Of a stretch of 64,000 bases of DNA, positions 57,669 to 64,000 are shown in pieces. The position numbers were made by a program, and so were the translations under genes. The notes beneath the pieces were generated by a model. It was not told the DNA's origin and made no database searches. It was given only the letters and a program-made list of their open reading frames with translations. Positions within the stretch are counted from its first letter, which is position 1. The number at the start of each line of letters is the position of its first letter. The DNA comes from Chrysomallon squamiferum (Eukaryota > Animalia > Mollusca). Location of the stretch: contig CM022670.1 in the NCBI GenBank assembly GCA_012295275.1, forward strand, positions 37,262,001-37,326,000, in the 5' to 3' direction.

Positions 57669-60600
57669 CATTCACAGGCAACAAAAAAATGTATTAGTGA
57701 ATGTAGTGATCATTTTTGAAACTCAGAAAAACAATTATGAACATTTTAAAAATTAACTTATGCAAATAATCATCATAATTAATTTGTTTTTCTCTGTAAT
57801 GTGTTTTAAATGCTTACAGACCTTCTCTTTGAGAAGCCTCCAGAATGTTCCGCTACAAATATAATTAAAAGTGAAATACGTATAAGTGTGTATGTATGTG
57901 CAAAGATATTTTGTCTGGGTTTTTTTGGTTTTTTTTAACAAATAAGGCTACCAAAAAGTGAGTATGTGTATATGTACCTGTAATTCATGTATCATAAAAT
58001 TTCATTTTCATAATATTCACAGACACCTAGCAATTATAAATTCTATTATAATAATTAATACTGCAAACTCCAGAATAAAACTGATGAATAAGAGTATCTA
58101 TGCAATAAGGAAAATGAAAAGCTACATACCTTATTAAAACTACGATGCTTTTCTTCTTGAGCCTTGAATTTTTCACCATGTGTTTTTAGCTGGTTTCTTT
58201 TCAGAACTGCTTTTAGTATCATATTTTGGTTAGCACTACTTCCATGATGTTTTCCTTCATATTTGAAAGGTGTTGATGATTGCACATTTTTCTCAACATT
58301 GTTGAATAAACTATTTTTTGTATCAAGAGGAATCTTCAGTCTTTTGTTTATATTTATTCTCATTTGCTTCTCATTTCCAGCTTCTCCAGTGGACACGTTA
58401 TTCTTGTTTTTGTTAAGCAATGTTTTACTTATATGCTCAGCTTTCCAATTATAAACTGTTGGATACTTTATAGGTGTGTCTTTTGACTGTTTAGATTTTA
58501 CAAAACTGGTGGTCAGCATGTGTTTTTTTTAAACAAATTTCTTAAATGAAATGTATTGTGTGTCTTAATATCAGATTTGTGTAAATAATCTAAACCTTTG
58601 TGTATTTGGTTTTCTTCCTCAGTGGCATTTGTTTCATCATTACTTTTATAATTTGTATCTGTTTCTGTATCTGCTTGATCTCTACGTAAGTAGTGTTCTG
58701 CATTACTAACAAGAGATGTTGTGGTGATGTTGCTAGGAATCTCCCGATTCCATAGTTTACTAAATTTAATAGTTTGATCATGTGATGTTTCCCAATTCCT
58801 CAAATGGTCTACATTAGATGATTCTTCAAGAGTTCTTGATTCTGGCATTAAATCTTTCTCCTTTTGTATGGAAGTATTAATTCTGGGCTTTGTTATCAAT
58901 TTAGCCTTTAAAAAAATAAATAAAAAATATTTGAAAATTAAATTTAAATAAAGTATCTTTGAGTTCTTTTTACATTTCTATACATTAAAAACTGAAAATA
59001 CTCAGTGATACTGACAATAAATAGTAGCTGAAAACTCACTGAATTAAATACATATATATATATATATATAAAACCAAACAAACGTAAAAAATGTATTTAT
59101 ATTATTATTTATAAGCAATGGTTATATTATTATTAATAATCCAAAACAAAGGAGAAGGTTACTGTATCTTTCAGTTTGTTTGTTTCATTTATTTTTTATT
59201 TTTTATTAAGAAGGAAAATATTATATATTTCAAAACTGCACCTGTTCAGATATGTTTTCTACAAGTTGAATAGTTCTGATATCTGATCCAGATAACAATA
59301 TTTCACACTCTTTAAGGTTTTTGTATGGCACTTGAAGAAGTTTCACAAATATCTTTTCTTTTGATTGTTTAATGAGATCTAGGATCAGAATAATACCAAT
59401 ATAAGAAATGTAAATAACATTAAGGAATTAATAGGTTTTCTGCTTAAATGTCAAAAGCTAAATTCAATATAATTATGACATGAAGATGTGAACTTCATCC
59501 AAAATTTCAGAAATGACCAATACAAATATAATAAACTGACTTCTGGAATTATATTATTACACATTATAACATATTGTAATATAATTCAGTATTAAAAAAA
59601 TAAGTATTATAAAATACAAATAATATTGGTCATGCAATAAATTTTAAAGTTGAATTCAATTTTTGTGTTTTCTTGGAAATAACATTTTAAAATATGATCT
59701 TTAAGTAGATTTCTTCTTTCTTTTTATATAGATTTTATTTTATATTATTTATTTATTTATTTATATATTTTTTTTGAAACTCAATTTTAATAAATATTAA
59801 TTAATTTTTGATAAACCTGTCTTGAGAAATATTTGCAGTGGAACATCATTTGTCTCAATGGGTGATATATAACTTCTGCCATGTTCAAACCAGATAGTCA
59901 AGCTGCTTTTGTTTGTAGCAAAAGTAGCAAAACACTGCAATCAAAATTAATTATATAGAATTGCAAACAAACTTTTTTGGATCAAAAACCTAATTAAGCA
60001 AAATATCATTTTATTTTTTGTATTCATTATTTTATTTATTATTTTATTTACTTTTTTGTTTTTATAGATATAGATATAGATATAGATTTTTTTTTTTTTT
60101 TAATGTTGAATTATAAAAATAAGTTTTTAAAATGCTGTTATATAACATTCACCTTTTCAATTATTTAGTAAACAAATTAGTAATTTGCTATTACTCTTTC
60201 TGAATAGTCAAATAAATACTTTATTTTTTTAAATCTGATATTATTAGATATTTTTTAAGGGGTTTGTACCAACTTACTTGTGAATGTCCACCAAACAGTT
60301 TGCAATATTTTGGATGAATGGGACGAAAACCTTTATTAACTGTTACTTTATACAAAGCCACAGTGTTTTTCCATGAGTTAAATCCCAACAACATTTGGAT
60401 ACTGCAGTTTAGACCAGCAATTTGACAAGCTTTCATAAATAATACTCCTGGAGATGACCACATTTTAGATGCTCTAAAATACTAACACAAAATTTATGAA
60501 ATAAATATATTTAATGGCTTTGGAGTACATTCTTAAAAAGACCAATGACAAATGTTTGTTTCTAAAATTGAATTAATGGAGAAATTAAACAGTGGATGTA

Positions 60601-62556
60601 TGATAAACAATCATTGAAACAACAGCTGGTACATGAAAGAAATGATGGCTGTTAATTAATCCTACCTTTGAATGACCACGAATTTGAACATTTGGAATGA
60701 AAGTCTGTTTTGATAACGAAAATAATCGTGCTAAAAGTACTTCAAACTCGTGTGGTAGTAGAGAGGTACTGAGAGAAAGAAAATCTTGAAGAAGAATGTT
60801 TCCAAACAGTACCTAAAATTAAATAAAAACCATGAAGCAGTAAATTTTAAAGATAATCATATTTTTGAGAAAGTGCCTGAAACACAACTATTTGTATAGA
60901 ATATGTTTTTTAAAAGAAAAATGTTTTATTATTAAATTGCTTCTATTCAGCAGTCTTACCTTATAGTCAGTACTAACATCTTCAATAAAATGCTGAAGCA
61001 TATTTATTGAGAGTGTGCTCAAATACATATTCTCTGAAATCACAGATGATGTTTTATGTAAACACAGGTTTACCTCCTCTGTATCTAAAAATGAACAAAT
61101 AATACCTATTAGTATTAAACTATATTGAAGTTTTGGGAAAGAAAATTATCATTTATTCATATAAATATTACAGAACACAAAACTAAAGCAACAGATTGAC
61201 AGAAAATACTTACATTCTGAATGCAAAAGAGTTATTTATTATGAACATTTCTAATTATATATTTTTCTATATTATATACATATAAATGTTGACAAAATGG
61301 ATACTATTTTAAAATCTGTATCAGTATACACCTTGTAACACAGCAAAAACTGTCTTGTCTTTTTCCTGATTAGCAATATCTGATGAAAAAATACAACCGC
61401 CTATTTCCAATAAACTTCCAACTACCATCTCAGCCTTAATTTTTTCCAAATAGGTGGACTTTGGTGATTTTTCTCTTTCTTCATGGATTTCTGAGGTAAC
61501 AATAAGAACAAAAAGAAAATGAATAATTTTAAATTATTTCATACTTAATAAAATTTACTTGTCTTTACTTGAGACATAGACCAAAAAATGTTGATTAGAA
61601 AATTTCTTAGAATTATTATAATCAGTTTTTACTGGGCCATTTCTTTTCAAAAGAAGAAGAAGAAAAGAAAAAGAAAACTGTAAACAGTTAATGAGATCAT
61701 ATTTTATTTTGTATTTATTTTATTTTATTTTTTTGCATTTGTTCACAAAATTATCAAATTTGTTTGTATTAAATATATTTAGTGTATTCAATTACAACTG
61801 ATTAATTACAAATAAAAGTGAAATTTAAACACACACACACACACATACATATATATAACAAATAATAATCATAAAACACAATGTAAAAAAAAAAAAAAAA
61901 AAATTTGAACAAATACCTGCTTGAAGACTGGAACCATCTCTAAGCATCTTCCACACTAAATCAAACAGGGTGGCTTGTTGATTGATCTGCAAAGACAAAA
62001 TATACAAAAAGATACAAAAAGATACAAATGAGGAAAAAAACCTAACTTGTGATATTGTGTATTGTACTTGGAATGTCTTTTTGTCAATTTATAAACATTA
62101 TTTAATAATAATATTAATTATTAAAACTAAATGATCACAACCAAAAAATATATTTACTTATTCTGTTTATTTATATATTTTATTATTTTTAATATGAGGA
62201 TTTTGTTTTATATATATTTGTTGAAACGTATTATTAACAATAATATCCGCCATTTTCACCTTATATTTTCTGCTTTCATTGCTATAACTTAAAAATTCTT
62301 TATGTAATAATCTGATGTCTTGTATGTCCAGACCGACAGGAACATGGAAGAATTGATTAAATTCATCGCCTGTATATTTTTCTACGTCGTCTGCTAAAAG
62401 TGGGCGGAGTCGGTGAAAAAAATGTTGTTGTTCTCTTGTCAATAATGTATCTACATTATTATATTTAGATGCTTTCGCTGACTCATTAGTAACTAAAACT
62501 TGATTTGTTATGAATGCAAAAGTCATCCAGTTGGGATAATACCGACCAAAATACAT
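48013..62556 (-). CDS. Large uncharacterised protein, ~29 exons, three tandem [SAM-methyltransferase-like + kinase-like] units with a low-complexity linker; 2-3 apparent frameshifts
   Basis: Exons (minus): 62556-62260, 61986-61917, 61490-61332, 61084-60960, 60812-60666, 60473-60278, 59934-59817, 59378-59242, 58905-58130, 57852-57822, 57548-57507, 57310-57252, 56925-56799, 55707-55599, 55368-55260, 55015-54818, 54548-54432, 54204-54038, 53661-53515, 53117-53048, 52786-52581, 52479-52364, 51992-51927, 51575-51510, 50493-50371, 49941-49800, 49596-49483, 49110-49028, 48737-48670, 48565-48502, 48219-48013. GT..AG and phase agree except where flagged under findings. The start codon is uncertain and the domain call is from motifs only. 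Confidence 0.75.
51350..51414. promoter_or_regulatory. Cluster of four perfect p53-family half-sites (RRRCWWGYYY)
   Basis: AAACATGTCT 51350-51359, GAACATGTCT 51361-51370, GAACATGTCC 51381-51390, AGGCATGTTT 51405-51414. Confidence 0.55.
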
Positions 62557-63263
62557 TATTCTTCCCAAATTCTGCTTTAGCTGTAATTTGTGTAAGCGTT
62601 AAAAAGCAACATCTGCCTTTGTGGTTTTCCCTCCTTTCCAGTAAGGCATCAGTGGCAACAATATCATTTGAAGTTGGATTTCAAAATTTTACAAATATAT
62701 CAGTTGCTCCTTTTTAATTTAACAGTGAATAAGGACGGATGTATTACAACATTTATTTTCATTTATACTAATGTTCATTATATAAAATAAATAAATTTAT
62801 ATATATTAATTCACAGTGTTTTTATACTCTATACTTATTACCATCACCCGTGAGTTAAAATGAACAAACAAATGTTAGCGGCTACAATTGTATAAAAGGA
62901 CAAAATAATAATAAAATAAAATAAAAATGAACTATAATATAACTATTTAATATGTGTTCTAAGATCAAAAGGAGAAACCGTTGTTAAGGTAAAGAAAAAA
63001 ATCCTTTTAATCGAATTTCCTATCAACTTTATTAAGTTATCTCAATTTAGTCATCATTTTACAAAAATATGCGAAATATGTATAATTCTTTTTATTTAAA
63101 ATGGGATCTAAAATTTTATTTTCTAAATTAATGTTACAGAAAGCAAGTCAGAAATAATTGTGGTATGAGCTACAATAGCATCTATTTCCGCATACTTCGG
63201 AATTTTCCGAGCACATGACGAAATAAACCGGAATAGAAGTTGTAGACGTATGCTTATTTCAAG
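62557..63263. promoter_or_regulatory. Probable bidirectional promoter between the MTase/kinase-like gene and HM13
   Basis: Head-to-head start codons ~700 bp apart; CpG-containing patch at 63180-63260 with an ETS-like ccggaa (~63228). Confidence 0.5.
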
Positions 63264-63452
63264 ATGGCAGACAACGTGGTTGAACAATCTGTTCTCAATG
63301 CGACAGTTAATGGAACCGCAGTTAACGCAACGGGTAAAATACCCGCGACACCACAGGGCATGGCCATTGCATATTCCAGTCTATTTATTATGGCAGTTTT
63401 CCCCATTTTCATCGGTGCATTGCGTTCTGTGAAATACCATAAGGAGCAAAAG
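63264..63452 (+). CDS. HM13: Signal peptide peptidase (minor histocompatibility antigen H13), first coding exon; the gene continues beyond the window
   Basis: MADNV...NATVNGTAVNATGKIPATPQGMAIAYSSLFIMAVFPIFIGALRSV matches the SPP N-terminus (N-glycosylation sequons, TPEG.ALAYGSL..MA..PIF.GALRSV). Donor AAG|gtaaac at 63452. Confidence 0.92.
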
Positions 63453-64000
63453 GTAAACACATGTTGATGATGTTCATGATGATGTTGATGTCGTATGTTT
63501 TACTTTTATGTATTTCGTTTCTCTGTTACTCTTTTTTATACGAAAAGTATTTATTTTTTGCATATTGATATTTAAATATTATTTTTATATTATTAAAAAT
63601 TGTAACTTAATGATAGTAACAAAATTTAATATTTAATTTATTATATAATTATAAACTTTTCTCAATTATCAGTCGGAAAAAAAAAAAAAATTAATAGAGT
63701 TAAAAAATGAATAGCTCCAGCTTTGATCTGCATTTAATGATTTACAAGTAAAATAATGCTGATACTATAACTATAGTGATAGGTTAAATTAATTAACTGT
63801 TCTTTGTATTTTATTAATATTATCTATACATTCAGTTCACTTCATTACCATGTTAACTGACCATCTGGCATCTGTTGTACAAGGTGCATACTTTAAATTA
63901 AAAGAAAGTACAGGGATAATGTAAATAATTATTTTCATTTGGTATAATATGTTAATCACTTTAACTAAATGTTCTTGATTTATTTTTAACTTTTTCAAAA

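Overview
AT-rich, intron-containing animal genomic DNA full of (AAT)n and other microsatellites, probably from a mollusc or gastropod (inferred from gene content and repeat style, not proven). I assembled eight complete or near-complete spliced gene models and one partial gene by hand from GT..AG boundaries and reading phase. In order: ELOVL fatty-acid elongase (-), a CABIT-domain (Themis/GAREM-like) gene (+), an intronless BTB/POZ gene (+), V-ATPase c'' subunit ATP6V0B (+), a type II membrane HtrL/YibB-like protein (+), an intronless forkhead factor with an altered recognition helix (-), microcephalin MCPH1 (+), a ~29-exon uncharacterised gene (-), and exon 1 of HM13/signal peptide peptidase (+). 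The most striking item is the uncharacterised gene. It appears to be three tandem [methyltransferase-like + kinase-like] units, reminiscent of the bacterial O-antigen terminator WbdD, and only the last unit keeps the kinase catalytic motifs. Also notable: MCPH1 ends in SPEY-COOH, resembling the gamma-H2AX SQEY ligand of its own BRCT domains; an intron carries a dense p53-type response-element cluster; a 46-bp duplication doubles the last splice acceptor of ELOVL; and two MITEs are present. Several 1-2 nt frameshifts may be assembly errors. No database searches were run, so family calls rest on motif recognition.
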